Below, in pieces: positions 22,546-32,407 of a DNA stretch of 64,000 nt. The notes beneath the pieces are model-generated. The model ran no database searches. It was not told the DNA's origin and saw only the letters and a list, made by a program, of their open reading frames with translations. Origin of the DNA: an uncultured Verrucomicrobiae bacterium (GTDB lineage Bacteria; Verrucomicrobiota; Verrucomicrobiia; Opitutales; JABDGR01). Made by a program: the position numbers and the translations under genes. Numbering within the stretch: position 1 is the first letter of the stretch; every line of letters begins with the position of its first letter. The stretch lies in assembly GCA_963765205.1 (NCBI GenBank), contig CAVXVB010000009.1, positions 480,001 to 544,000 of the forward strand. Direction: 5' to 3'.

Positions 22546-22668
22546 GGAGAAGAGGAGACAGAAAACAGGAGACAGGTAACAACGCAGGCCAAGATATTGG
22601 TCAATTTTTCGCCTGGCGTTCTTTTAGGTTCCCGACTACTGATTCCTGGCTCCTGACTTTTGTCTCCT
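22546..22668. repeat. inverted arrays of 7-nt tandem repeats (AG[ATC]CAGG-like) between convergent genes
   Basis: Left GAGGAGA CAGAAAA CAGGAGA CAGG; right CCCGACT ACTGATT CCTGGCT CCTGACT TTTGTCT CCT. Confidence 0.7.
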
Positions 22669-23256
22669 CACCCCCCAAACCACGGCGGCTCGTTGCCACG
22701 CTTCCATTTGATATTGCAGCCGACGCTGGCCTTTTGCGCGGTTTCGGGAACGGTGCGACCGGCGAGGGTGGCTTCGAGGGCGGCGCGCAAATCCGCGCCG
22801 GTCACGGAGCCGGGGCCGGCCGGGGCGGCTGTCATCAAAGCGCCCGCGGTAAACCAGCCGGTGGGAGGCGTCGAAGACGTAGAAATCAGGGGTGCAGGCG
22901 GCATGGTAATCGCGCGCGACGGTCTGCGTCTCATCATGCAAATACGGAAAGGTGAAGCCGAGCTTGTTCGCCACCACCGCCATTTGGCTGGGAGAATCTT
23001 CGGGATATTTTTCGGCGTCGTTGCTGCACACCGCGACGGCGGCCAGCCCGCGTGCCTGGTATTCCTTGATGAGCGCCGCCAGCGGCTCGCGGATGTGCAC
23101 GACGAAGGGGCAATGGTTGCAAATAAAAGCGATCAGCAGGGCGGGTTGGCCGGCAAAATCCGCGAGTTGGACGACGCGGCCGGACGCGGCGTCGGGCAGC
23201 GCGAAGCCGGGCGCTTCAGTGCCGAGAGGCAGCATGGTGGAATGAACGGCGACCAC
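22668..23256 (-). pseudogene. thioredoxin/AhpC-TSA family protein with a 1-bp frameshift near 22812-22815 (possibly a sequencing error)
   Basis: FICNHCPFV...AACTPDFYVF...YRGRFDDSRPG in one frame; SVTGADLRAALE...SVGCNIKWK in another. Confidence 0.85.
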
Positions 23257-23272
23257 GGAAGGGGCGGGGTAG

Positions 23273-23425
23273 GAATTAAGAATTATGAATTAAGAAGGCA
23301 GACACAAGCAAAAGTATTCTTTGGGCGGTCAAGCTAAGAGTCTGCGTCCTTTATCGGCGGTGCCCGCTGGACTTAAGCACCCCAGCCTTGGCTGGTTTTG
23401 CTTCTTAATTCATAAATCTTAATTT
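23273..23425. repeat. inverted arrays of 7-nt tandem repeats (GAATTAA) around a ~100-bp core
   Basis: GAATTAA GAATTAT GAATTAA GAAG (23273-23297) / CTTC TTAATTC ATAAATC TTAATTT (23401-23425). Confidence 0.85.
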
Positions 23426-25479
23426 TTCTTAGCTGGATGGAAATACGCATTCAAAATGGCGCGGGCGACCGGGCCGGCGATTTGGCCGCCGTAGTAGTCT
23501 TCGCCGGGGACGGCACTTTCAATGGCCACCGCGACGGCGATTTGGGGATTTTCGATGGGGGCAAAGCAGACGAACCAGGCCACCGTCGTGTTTTTGTGGG
23601 GCCCCCATTGGGCGGTGCCGGTTTTGCCCGCGATCCGCAAGCCCTGGATTTGGGCGGGGTAGCCTGTGCCACCTGGGCCGACTACGGCTTCCATGCCGGT
23701 GAGAAGCAATTGTCGTTCTTCCGGCGTCAGCCCGAGCGGCTCGCCACCGTGTTGAATCGTCGCCGGGTCGAGGTTTGGATTATGGATGAGCGTCGGCTGG
23801 GTGCGGGTTTCGTCGCGCGCGATGGAAGCGACCATGCAGGCCATTTGCAGCGGGGTCACTTCCACATAACCTTGGCCAACCGCCAGATTGGCGGTATCGT
23901 CGTCCGACCATTTGCCAAAGCTGTCGGCGGAGTCGTGACGATTGGCCATTTTCCAAGCGGGATCAGGGATGATGCCGGCGTGTTCGCCCAGGCCGATGCC
24001 AGTGGGCTGGCCCAAGCCCATCCGGCGGGCCTCCTGCGTAATCAACGGCTGTTTAAGAATATTCACACCCACTTGGAAGAAAAAGACATCGTTGCTGATC
24101 TGCAGCGCCTTCACCAAGCCGATATTGCCTTGATCCGTTCGGCTGTCATCGTTGAAAATATGTTGGCTTGGGGGAAAGGTGATGGACGCGGGGCAATCAA
24201 GAAACATGGTGCCATTCAATACGCCGGCACGCAGGCCCGCAATGGTGTCAATCAGCTTGAAAGTCGAGCCGGCGGGATACAGGCCCTGCGTGGCGCGGTT
24301 GAGTGAATTGGTGGAATGCGGGTCAGCTTTACCGTCCACTATGCCGTTAAGTTTGTCGGCAAATTCCTGCGACATGCTCGGCACGGTCTCATTCAGATCA
24401 AAGGTCGGGCTGACGGCCATGACGAGCACTTCGCCTGTGCGCACATCCAAAGCGACGGCGGAGCCGATCAACGGGCCTGCGGCGGCGGGCGGGGGCGGAT
24501 GCGCTAGAGCGTTTTCCGCCGTGCGTTGCAGATTCAAGTCGAGGCTGCATTGGAGGTCGGCGCCCTTGCCAGGTGTCTTGACCGCGATGCGCTCCTGCAT
24601 TTTCGCGGAGGGGTCCACGACCCAGATTTCGCCGCCGGTTTCGCCGCGCAGTTGTTGGTCGTAGGCATATTCCAGGCCGATGCGGCCGTGCCAACTGGGC
24701 AGCGTGAAGGTGATGTGTTGGGGCAGCCGGTCTTGCGGCTGGATGCGCAGATATTGCCGCCAAAGATCGGCGAAGCTGCTGGTGTCGCCCTCCGCCTCCG
24801 CCGTACGCGACACGTATCCCAGCGCGTTAAAGGCGAGCGAGCCGTTGGGGTAGGCGCGCTGGGCCTGCACTTGGGTTTGCATCGGATTGGGCCGCTGGAT
24901 ACCCTTGCTGTCGGGAATGTCCACGGCGGTTTGGGCGTTGAAGCGGGCATATTCTTGCGGGGTGAGATGGTCAATGAGCGTGACGGGCAGAAGCGGATTG
25001 TCGTCCGCCTCGCGGTCAAAGGTGACGCGATCCAGCGTGTCGTTGCGGCCCAGGATGAGATTCGCCTGGCGCAGATACCATTGGGCGACGATAAAGCGCG
25101 CATCCCGATACAGAGTGGCGCTGTTTGGGGTGGGCCGGGCGTCCGCAGAGTCGTAGGCGAGCTGGGCGGTTTGGTTTTTGAGGGCGTAGAACTCTTGGTC
25201 GAACTCATCGCGCAATTCATTGGTGTAGAGGACGACGGAGTAGCGCGCTTCGTTGTCCACGAGCACATTGCCGTGGCGGTCGAGGATACGCCCGCGGGGG
25301 CCGGGTTCGAGCACGCAGCGGAGCATTTGCGCGCTTTCCATGCTGTCATAGTAGGGTTTGAGGAAAACCTGCCGCCAGGCCAGGCCGCCGATGAGCACGG
25401 CCAGCAACAAAGCCAGCAGAACAGTCAGTGAAAACAGCCGCGGATTGTTCCGCTGGTAAACGGCCAGTTGCGGGTTCAG
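23419..25479 (-). CDS. mrdA: penicillin-binding protein 2 (start uncertain)
   Basis: PRGRILDRHG, GSTFK (SxxK), SND (SxN-like), KTGT; follows mreBCD. Confidence 0.92.
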   Translation of the reverse strand: MNPQLAVYQRNNPRLFSLTVLLALLLAVLIGGLAWRQVFLKPYYDSMESAQMLRCVLEPGPRGRILDRHGNVLVDNEARYSVVLYTNELRDEFDQEFYALKNQTAQLAYDSADARPTPNSATLYRDARFIVAQWYLRQANLILGRNDTLDRVTFDREADDNPLLPVTLIDHLTPQEYARFNAQTAVDIPDSKGIQRPNPMQTQVQAQRAYPNGSLAFNALGYVSRTAEAEGDTSSFADLWRQYLRIQPQDRLPQHITFTLPSWHGRIGLEYAYDQQLRGETGGEIWVVDPSAKMQERIAVKTPGKGADLQCSLDLNLQRTAENALAHPPPPAAAGPLIGSAVALDVRTGEVLVMAVSPTFDLNETVPSMSQEFADKLNGIVDGKADPHSTNSLNRATQGLYPAGSTFKLIDTIAGLRAGVLNGTMFLDCPASITFPPSQHIFNDDSRTDQGNIGLVKALQISNDVFFFQVGVNILKQPLITQEARRMGLGQPTGIGLGEHAGIIPDPAWKMANRHDSADSFGKWSDDDTANLAVGQGYVEVTPLQMACMVASIARDETRTQPTLIHNPNLDPATIQHGGEPLGLTPEERQLLLTGMEAVVGPGGTGYPAQIQGLRIAGKTGTAQWGPHKNTTVAWFVCFAPIENPQIAVAVAIESAVPGEDYYGGQIAGPVARAILNAYFHPAKKN

Positions 25480-26012
25480 CAGGTTTCCTCGGCGCGCGGG
25501 GACGTTGCTGTCGAGCCCGCGAACGCGAGGGCGCTGACCTGGAAATCGAAAAACCATAGGGCAACAGGAAAAACGACGATTTGAGATAGGATAAAGTCCA
25601 CCGTCAGGCGTTCGAAAAACGCCGCGCCAAGGAGGGGGTTGTGCATGGCGGCCCACCCCGTGAAGGCGAGAAAATACGCCGCATTGATCAGCCAGGCGAG
25701 TCCGATTTGCTGCGTTCGCCGCACGCGGCCCAAGCGCGGGCGCACGGCCAGGATAAACATCGCGCCGGCCACAAACAAGCTCATGAGAAAGCCCGGGGGC
25801 GTGGGTAACGCCGCATCGCCGGCCAATCCGCTCACCGCCAGGCAGAGTAGCAGCCAGCCCGGACTCAGTCGCAACGCGGGCCACACGACGCATGGCCCGA
25901 GGAAAAACACGGACACACTCCAACCGGCCAGACCGTCATTGACCATGGCCGCCAGCGCGAGCAACAGGATATTGGCCGCGGCCAACACATACCAGTAGCG
26001 GTCGAGGTTCAT
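25476..26012 (-). CDS. mreD: rod shape-determining membrane protein MreD-like
   Basis: 178-aa highly hydrophobic ORF between mreC and mrdA. Confidence 0.7.
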   Translation of the reverse strand: MNLDRYWYVLAAANILLLALAAMVNDGLAGWSVSVFFLGPCVVWPALRLSPGWLLLCLAVSGLAGDAALPTPPGFLMSLFVAGAMFILAVRPRLGRVRRTQQIGLAWLINAAYFLAFTGWAAMHNPLLGAAFFERLTVDFILSQIVVFPVALWFFDFQVSALAFAGSTATSPRAEETC

Positions 26013-26923
26013 GGTTGGGGAGCCGGCGGGAGGGGAGTGGAGGAGGGCGATTTGGCGGTGGGTGCGAGTGGCGGGGAGGCTGCGTCCGGTGCATCAGGCA
26101 CCAGCACGGCCACTTCATGCAAGTCCGCCAGCCGTGGGTCGAGTTTAACGAGACCCGTTTGAAAAAGTCCATCAGCGCCCGGCGTAAAACGATCCACTTC
26201 GCCCAGGGGCAGGCCGGACGGGAACACGCCGCCCAGATTGGAGGTCACCAGCAACATGGTCCCGCCGCCAGCCAGATTGAGCGTGGGCGACACATTGCGC
26301 ACTTCGCCGCGCACTTCGCCCGTGGGTGTTTGAAAGGGCGCGGTCGTCACTCCCTGGAAAATCACCGGGTTCGGGTCGCCGCCGAGATTCGCGTCCACGC
26401 GAAATGTCGGGCTGCTGGCCAGTTCGACTGTGGCAGTGAAATCGTCCACCCGCGCGATGCGCCCCACCACGCCGCCGGTGAAGACCACACCCTGGCCTTC
26501 CGCGAGGCCCGCGCGCCGGCCTTGGCGAATGACAATTTCCTGCCACCAAGCTGTCTCGTTGCGGCGGATGACTCGCGCAAAGACGTAGCGGAAGCCGGGT
26601 TCGGGCGGCATTTGCAGAAGGGCAGCGAGGCGGTCATTGTCGTCGCGCAAGGCGGCGTCCTGCTGCACCTGCAAACCGGCGGCGTTGGCCTGGCGGGTGG
26701 CATCGCGGCCGGCTTCGATCAATTCGTTTTGACTGTGATTACGCAGGCCCCAGTAATCCTGCACGTCCTTGAGGCGCGCATAAGCCAACTCCCCCGGCGC
26801 TTCAAAGAGCGAAAAACTGGCGCGGGAGAAGTTGCGCGCGGCCACCGGCGCCAGCCACCAGGCGGCGAGAAACAACGCCAGGATGAGCAAAGGGCGAAAG
26901 CGGCTGGCGCGCGGTGTGACCAA
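26009..26923 (-). CDS. mreC: rod shape-determining protein MreC (start uncertain)
   Basis: TM, coiled coil, ARVIRR, GVVGRI, VTSNLGGVFPSGLPLG. Confidence 0.9.
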   Translation of the reverse strand: MVTPRASRFRPLLILALFLAAWWLAPVAARNFSRASFSLFEAPGELAYARLKDVQDYWGLRNHSQNELIEAGRDATRQANAAGLQVQQDAALRDDNDRLAALLQMPPEPGFRYVFARVIRRNETAWWQEIVIRQGRRAGLAEGQGVVFTGGVVGRIARVDDFTATVELASSPTFRVDANLGGDPNPVIFQGVTTAPFQTPTGEVRGEVRNVSPTLNLAGGGTMLLVTSNLGGVFPSGLPLGEVDRFTPGADGLFQTGLVKLDPRLADLHEVAVLVPDAPDAASPPLAPTAKSPSSTPLPPAPQP

Positions 26924-26966
26924 GGCGGGACGGATCCACAAAATGTTAAGGCGGAAATGCCGCCGT

Positions 26967-28004
26967 TCAGTCCATGAAATTCTTTGACTCGGCCAGCCAT
27001 TCGTCAAGATCCTGCAGCACAATGCCGGTGCCGTTGGCGACCGCGCTCAGCGGGTCGTCGGACAGGATGACGGGCAGGCCGGTGGCTTCGCTGAGGAGGC
27101 GGTCGAGGTTGCGCACGAGCGAGCCGCCGCCCGCCATCACGATGCCGCGGTCCACCAGGTCCGCCGACAATTCCGGCGGGCAGCGTTCGAGCGCGGCGCG
27201 GACGACTTCGACAATCGAGTTAAAGGTGTCGTTGAGGCACTCGCGGATTTCCTGCGAGGTGATGAGCAGCGTCTTGGGCAGGCCGGCCACGGAGTCGCGC
27301 CCACGCACTTCCATGGTCAGTTCCTGGTCGAGGGGATAGGCGGAGCCGACAGTGATTTTGATTTCCTCCGCGGTGCGCTCGCCAATCATCAGGTTATAGG
27401 CGCGCTTCATGTAATTGATGATGGCGTTGTCCATTTCATCGCCGGCCACGCGCAGGCTTTTCGAGTAAACGACGTTGCGCAGGGAAATGATGGCGACTTC
27501 CGTCGTGCCGCCGCCGATGTCCACGATCATGTTGGCGGCCGGCTCGTCAATGGGCAGGCCCACCCCGATGGCGGCGGCCAGCGGCTCCGTCACGGTCAGC
27601 ACTTCGCGCGCGCCGGCATTGAGCACCGAGTCGCGCACCGCGCGGCGCTCGACTTCGGTGATGCCCGAGGGAATCGCCACGACCACGCGCGGGCTGGACC
27701 AGGCGGACTTGATGACTTTCTTGATGAAGTGGCGCAGCATCTCCTGCGTCACGTCAAAGTCGGCGATGACGCCGTCCTTCATTGGGCGCAGGGCGGTGAT
27801 GGCGACGGGCGTGCGGCCGAGCATGCGCTTCGCCTCCGTGCCGACGGCGAGAACCTTTTTCGAATTCGTGTAAATGGCCACCACACTCGGCTCGCGCACC
27901 ACAATGCCCTTGTCCTTCACATAGACGAGGGTGTTGGCGGTGCCGAGGTCAATGCCGATGTCGGCGGAGAAATACGAAAAGTATTTGGCGAGAAAGCCGA
28001 TCAT
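26967..28004 (-). CDS. mreB: actin-like cell shape protein MreB
   Basis: IGIDLGTANT, EPSVVAI, RPMKDGVIADF, VDIGGGTTEVA, PPELSADL. Confidence 0.98.
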   Translation of the reverse strand: MIGFLAKYFSYFSADIGIDLGTANTLVYVKDKGIVVREPSVVAIYTNSKKVLAVGTEAKRMLGRTPVAITALRPMKDGVIADFDVTQEMLRHFIKKVIKSAWSSPRVVVAIPSGITEVERRAVRDSVLNAGAREVLTVTEPLAAAIGVGLPIDEPAANMIVDIGGGTTEVAIISLRNVVYSKSLRVAGDEMDNAIINYMKRAYNLMIGERTAEEIKITVGSAYPLDQELTMEVRGRDSVAGLPKTLLITSQEIRECLNDTFNSIVEVVRAALERCPPELSADLVDRGIVMAGGGSLVRNLDRLLSEATGLPVILSDDPLSAVANGTGIVLQDLDEWLAESKNFMD

Positions 28005-28111
28005 AAGCGTGGGCGGAGTGCGGAGTGAAGATGCCGAAAAAGGCATTTTTTGGAAATCAGTCCCTCCTGTCAAACGTAAATCACGCTTGGGTAAGGTCTT
28101 GCGGCAGGCTG

Positions 28112-28837
28112 CTAAACGGCCACGGCCCGCGCCAGCCAGGCCTGCCAACTCGCATAAACGCCGCCTTTGGTGGCGAATTTTTGGTCATAGGCCCGCAGGG
28201 CCGCGCGCAGTTTCCCGGCGCCGGCCACGCGACGCGGCGCGAGGCCCCCGGCATGGATGGTGCGCAACAGCGCGAGCGCGTCTAGATAAATTTCCCGGCG
28301 TTCCCAAAGGGCCTCACGTTCGATGGCGAAACCGGTGCGATGCAGTATCACGCGCCATTCCTCCAGCGAATGCCAGCGCAGCGGCGTCGCGCCGGGCAAA
28401 ACCGACTGCAATTCGTGCAGGGTGCCCGCCAACAGCACGGCGATGGCCATGCGCCCACCCGGCGGCAAGATTTTCCGCCAGCCGCGCAGAACCGCTTCGG
28501 GTTCCTCCAGCCATTGCAAAAGATTGCAGGAAAAAACCCAATCGGCGGAATCCAGGCCAGCCGGTTGACGCGCATCCAACTTGGCCCAACGGGCGGCGGG
28601 GCAGCGCACGCGGCCCAGTTCGAACATGCACGGTGCGGCGTCGGTGGCGAGGTAGGTTCCCGGCCACGGTTGCATTTCCCGAGTAAACAAGCCCGTGCCC
28701 GCACCGAATTCTACCGCGCGGCCCTGGCGTTCACTGGGCGCAATCCAGCCCGCCAACTCCGCCGCCAGCGCCGCTTGCGGGGCGCTGTGGGCGTCGTAGC
28801 CGGACACCGAGCGGTCGAAATTTTGGATGACATCCAT
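28112..28837 (-). CDS. bioC: malonyl-ACP O-methyltransferase
   Basis: FDRSVSGYDAHS..Q, EFGAGTG, LQW, GTLHEL; last gene of the bio cluster. Confidence 0.85.
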   Translation of the reverse strand: MDVIQNFDRSVSGYDAHSAPQAALAAELAGWIAPSERQGRAVEFGAGTGLFTREMQPWPGTYLATDAAPCMFELGRVRCPAARWAKLDARQPAGLDSADWVFSCNLLQWLEEPEAVLRGWRKILPPGGRMAIAVLLAGTLHELQSVLPGATPLRWHSLEEWRVILHRTGFAIEREALWERREIYLDALALLRTIHAGGLAPRRVAGAGKLRAALRAYDQKFATKGGVYASWQAWLARAVAV

Positions 28838-29460
28838 TAGACGGAAGATTGAGAAAACATTTCACGGGCGGCGCGCAGCAAACGGCCGGGCGCGTGACCG
28901 GCGCCGGCCACGACGCGCAGGGCCGGCCACAATTTTTTCAACATGGCAGCATCGGTCAAGGAATCGTCGGTGCCCGCCACGCCCTGCCAATGCGACGGCG
29001 GTGGGGCGGGCGCGCGCAGGGTTTCCAGCCAGCCGAGTTCCTCGTCGAGCGTGGTGATTTCTTCCGCGGTAAACTTGTCGGGTGGCGGAATCGAATCAGC
29101 CAAGCCCGTGCGCCGGAAAAAATCCACCACCGCGGCCGGGGCATCCTGGCGCAAACGCCGGCGTTGCAGACTTAACTGCGCGAGCGCCATGCGTCCGCCG
29201 CAACCTTGCTCGGATGAAAAGGCAAAAATTGGCGCGAGCAAAACCACTGGGGTTTTTTCCGGAATTTTCGTCGCCCGACTGAGCAGCCAAAGCGCGCCTA
29301 AGGAGTATCCGCCAAGGGCGTCATATTCATTTTTCGCCAGCGCGGTGGCGGCGTCCGTTGGGGTCACGGCAGCGTGTTCCGCTTCCGGCCAACCGGCGCG
29401 CGCCCGCGCGGCCAGCCAGTCTGGCGGGACGGCCCAACCGGATATCCACAAAATTTTCAT
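28837..29460 (-). CDS. alpha/beta hydrolase, putative pimeloyl-ACP methyl ester esterase (BioH/BioG-like)
   Basis: ISGWA, GYSLG nucleophile, GTDD, AGHAP; lies between bioF and bioC. Confidence 0.75.
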   Translation of the reverse strand: MKILWISGWAVPPDWLAARARAGWPEAEHAAVTPTDAATALAKNEYDALGGYSLGALWLLSRATKIPEKTPVVLLAPIFAFSSEQGCGGRMALAQLSLQRRRLRQDAPAAVVDFFRRTGLADSIPPPDKFTAEEITTLDEELGWLETLRAPAPPPSHWQGVAGTDDSLTDAAMLKKLWPALRVVAGAGHAPGRLLRAAREMFSQSSV

Positions 29461-30644
29461 GGTTGGGTGGTGCGGGCGGCACGCCAGGCGTCCATTTCAT
29501 TGAGCAAGGCTTCCAAGTCTTCCCAACGCGTGTTAGCTTTGAGCGACAGGCGCAGGCGCGCCGCGCCAACGGGCACAGTGGGCGGGCGGATGGCGCCGAT
29601 GGCGATGCCGCGTTCGCGCAAATGCGCGCCAAGCGCGACGGTTTCGTGGTCGTCGCCAATCAGCACCGGCACAATCGCGGAGTCGCCCGGCGGCGTGTCC
29701 CACCCGCGCGCACACAGGTGCTCGCGCAGCCTCTGCGATTGCGCACGCCATTGGGTTGATTGGGGCACAAGTGCGCGAACCCGCCCAATCGCAGCGGTGG
29801 CGGCAGCCGCGAGCAGCGGGGAGAGGTAGGTGGAATAAATGAATTCCCCGGCGCGGTTCACAAGGGCTGCACGCAAGGCAGGCTCATGGAAAAGCGAATA
29901 CGCGCCCTGCGCGCCGAGCGTTTTCCCAAGCGTGCCGATAAAAACATCCACTTCGCCGGTGACGCCCGCCTCGGCGGCGCGGCCCTGGCCCTGCGGGCCG
30001 AACCAGCCGAGCGCGTGGGCTTCGTCGAGCATCCAGATGAATCCGTGCCGGCGTTTCATTTCCGCCAGACGCGCCAGGTCGGGGCTGTCGCCATCCATGC
30101 TGAAGACGCTTTCGGTGACGACCCAGCGCGCCGCGCCAGGCCGCGGGTTTTCGCGCAAAAGAATTTCCAATGCATCAAGATCATTATGCGGGAAACGGAT
30201 GAATTTCGCGCCCGATTGCAGGAGTCCGGCGATGAGGCTGTGATGCACCAGCCGGTCGGCAAGAATCAAATCGCCCCGCGTCGCGAGCGTGCCGAGCACG
30301 GCCTGGTTCGCGGCATAGCCGCTATTCCAGACGAGGCCGCAGGGGAATCCGTGCCACGCGCACATGGTTTTTTCAAGGATGACGTGGGCGTCTTGGTAAC
30401 CGCGCACGAGGGGAGAGGAAGCGGCTGACACCGGTCCGTCCTCGAGCGCCGCGCGCACGGCATTTTTTACGGCGTCATCATTCGCCAGATTGAGATAATC
30501 ATTGTCGGCCAGATTGACCCGCACCATCGCGGCCACGCGCAATTCGCGCCGGCGGCCCTGCGCGGCGCGTTCGTTCAAGTCCGCGCGGAGGCGGGCTTGC
30601 AGAAGCGCGGGGGAGTTAGAGGAAGTATGGGAATTAGGGGACAT
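29457..30644 (-). CDS. bioF: 8-amino-7-oxononanoate synthase
   Basis: NDYLNL, SGYAAN, TESVFSMDGD, DEAHALG, TLGKTLG, AIRPPTVP. Confidence 0.95.
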   Translation of the reverse strand: MSPNSHTSSNSPALLQARLRADLNERAAQGRRRELRVAAMVRVNLADNDYLNLANDDAVKNAVRAALEDGPVSAASSPLVRGYQDAHVILEKTMCAWHGFPCGLVWNSGYAANQAVLGTLATRGDLILADRLVHHSLIAGLLQSGAKFIRFPHNDLDALEILLRENPRPGAARWVVTESVFSMDGDSPDLARLAEMKRRHGFIWMLDEAHALGWFGPQGQGRAAEAGVTGEVDVFIGTLGKTLGAQGAYSLFHEPALRAALVNRAGEFIYSTYLSPLLAAAATAAIGRVRALVPQSTQWRAQSQRLREHLCARGWDTPPGDSAIVPVLIGDDHETVALGAHLRERGIAIGAIRPPTVPVGAARLRLSLKANTRWEDLEALLNEMDAWRAARTTQP

Positions 30645-30646
30645 GG

Positions 30647-31324
30647 CTAAGGGAATGCCCAATGCTTCAGCCATTTAATCAAAGAGGGTTCATGCAGAAG
30701 CGGCTCGATCGCACCCGCAGCCATTTCGCCCCAGAGCGGGACCATGCAAGTATCGAGGGCCGAGCGCGAACTGCCAGCCACATCCGAGGGCGGCCGGGTT
30801 ATGGCATTGAGGAAAATGCCGCAGGGCAGTTTTTTTGGAAATTTTTCCTGGGTATATTTCCAAACCAGCCGCGACTGGTTGATGGCCCCCAGTTCATCCG
30901 CCACGACGAGCACCATCGCGTTGGCGTGAACCTCCTCGGCGAACTCCACCCAATCCCAGCCCTGGGGGCCAAGCGGGACGGCGATGCCGCCGGCGCCTTC
31001 GATCAAGCGGATGTCCACCGGCGGCAAGACAGAAATTTCTTGGATAACTTCGTTGATCTTCAAAAACGCGCCGTCCGCCGCCGCGGCGGACGCCGGAGCC
31101 AGCGCCGCGCGATAACGCCGCAAGGTGTGCGCGCAATCCGGCGGAAGACCCGCCAGTTGGGACGCGATTTCGGCGTCAGTGGGTTCGCGCGGAGCCACCC
31201 CGGTTTGCACCGGTTTGATGATTTGCACCGAGCGGCCGTTGCGCGCCGCGACCCGGGCCAGCGCACCCGTCACCCGCGTCTTGCCGACGCCGGTGCCGGA
31301 GCCGGATACCATAATCGTCACCAC
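30647..31324 (-). CDS. bioD: dethiobiotin synthase
   Basis: GSGTGVGKT, KPVQTG, IEGAGG, LGAINQ. Confidence 0.93.
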   Translation of the reverse strand: MVTIMVSGSGTGVGKTRVTGALARVAARNGRSVQIIKPVQTGVAPREPTDAEIASQLAGLPPDCAHTLRRYRAALAPASAAAADGAFLKINEVIQEISVLPPVDIRLIEGAGGIAVPLGPQGWDWVEFAEEVHANAMVLVVADELGAINQSRLVWKYTQEKFPKKLPCGIFLNAITRPPSDVAGSSRSALDTCMVPLWGEMAAGAIEPLLHEPSLIKWLKHWAFP

Positions 31325-31328
31325 GGGA

Positions 31329-32315
31329 TTAACGCGAGTTTGCGGGTTCGCAGGCGGCGGCTTGCAGTTGCCGCGTGGCCTCGGGGTCGAGGGCGTGCAG
31401 GCCGAGGCGGCGGAGGAGTTGGAAATCCTCCTCGGCGGCGGGGTTGGGTGTCGTCAGTAATTTCTCGCCGAGAAAAATCGAATTGGCGCCGGCGAGAAAG
31501 CACAGCGCCTGCGTCTCCGCGCTCATTTCCGTGCGGCCGGCGGAGAGGCGGACGATGGCCTTGGGCAGGGCGAGACGCGCGACTGCGATGATGCGCACGA
31601 ATTCAAACGCGTCCACCGGCGGGCGCTCGGCCAGCGGCGTGCCGGCCACGGGCACGAGCGCGTTGATCGGCACCGATTCCGGCTGCGGGTCGAGCGCGGC
31701 GAGTTCCGCCAGCATCTTGAGGCGGTCGTCCACGCTTTCGCCCAGGCCAAGGATGCCGCCGCAGCACACTTCGAGGCCCGCAACGCGCACGTTTTCGAGC
31801 GTTTGCAGGCGGTCGTCGTAGCAGCGCGTGGTGATGATTTGCGGGTAATACTCGCGCGAGGTGTCGAGGTTGTGGTTGTAAACGCGGCAGCCGGCGTCCT
31901 TCAAGCGCTCCGCCTGGTTTTGCGTCAACATGCCGAGCGTGCAGCAGACTTCGAGGCCCTGCTCGGAAACCCCGGCGACGGCGCGGAGCACGGAATCAAA
32001 CTGCGGGCCATCGCGCACTTCGCGCCACGCCGCGCCCATGCAAAAGCGCGACGCGCCGCCCGCGCGCGCCTGCTGCGCCTTGGCGATGATGTCGTCGGCG
32101 TCCATCAGCGGCACGTCGGCCAGGCCGGTTTCATAATGGGCCGACTGCGGACAGTAGGCGCAATTTTCCGGGCAGCGGCCGGTCTTGATGCTTTGCAGCG
32201 TGCAAAGCTGCACGCCCGCCGGGTCGTGAAAACGGTGGTGCGCGGCTTGCGCGCGGAAGATGAGCGTGGTGAGCGGCAGGGCATACCACTCGCGGATTTG
32301 GGCCAGGGTCGTCAT
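31329..32315 (-). CDS. bioB: biotin synthase
   Basis: [11 protein letters not shown] radical SAM motif, [29 protein letters not shown]. Confidence 0.97.
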   Translation of the reverse strand: MTTLAQIREWYALPLTTLIFRAQAAHHRFHDPAGVQLCTLQSIKTGRCPENCAYCPQSAHYETGLADVPLMDADDIIAKAQQARAGGASRFCMGAAWREVRDGPQFDSVLRAVAGVSEQGLEVCCTLGMLTQNQAERLKDAGCRVYNHNLDTSREYYPQIITTRCYDDRLQTLENVRVAGLEVCCGGILGLGESVDDRLKMLAELAALDPQPESVPINALVPVAGTPLAERPPVDAFEFVRIIAVARLALPKAIVRLSAGRTEMSAETQALCFLAGANSIFLGEKLLTTPNPAAEEDFQLLRRLGLHALDPEATRQLQAAACEPANSR

Positions 32316-32361
32316 GAAATTAGTTTTGAGTTTCGAGTTGAAATTTCGGCTGGTGGATTTT

Positions 32362-32386
32362 GTAGGGGCGCAGCTTTCTGCGTCCC
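32362..32386 (+). repeat. GTAG-type REP-like hairpin between bioA and bioB
   Basis: GTAG followed by GGGCGCAG-CTTT-CTGCGTCC(C). Confidence 0.7.
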
Positions 32387-32407
32387 TCTTTGGAATTTGA
32401 GGGAGAT

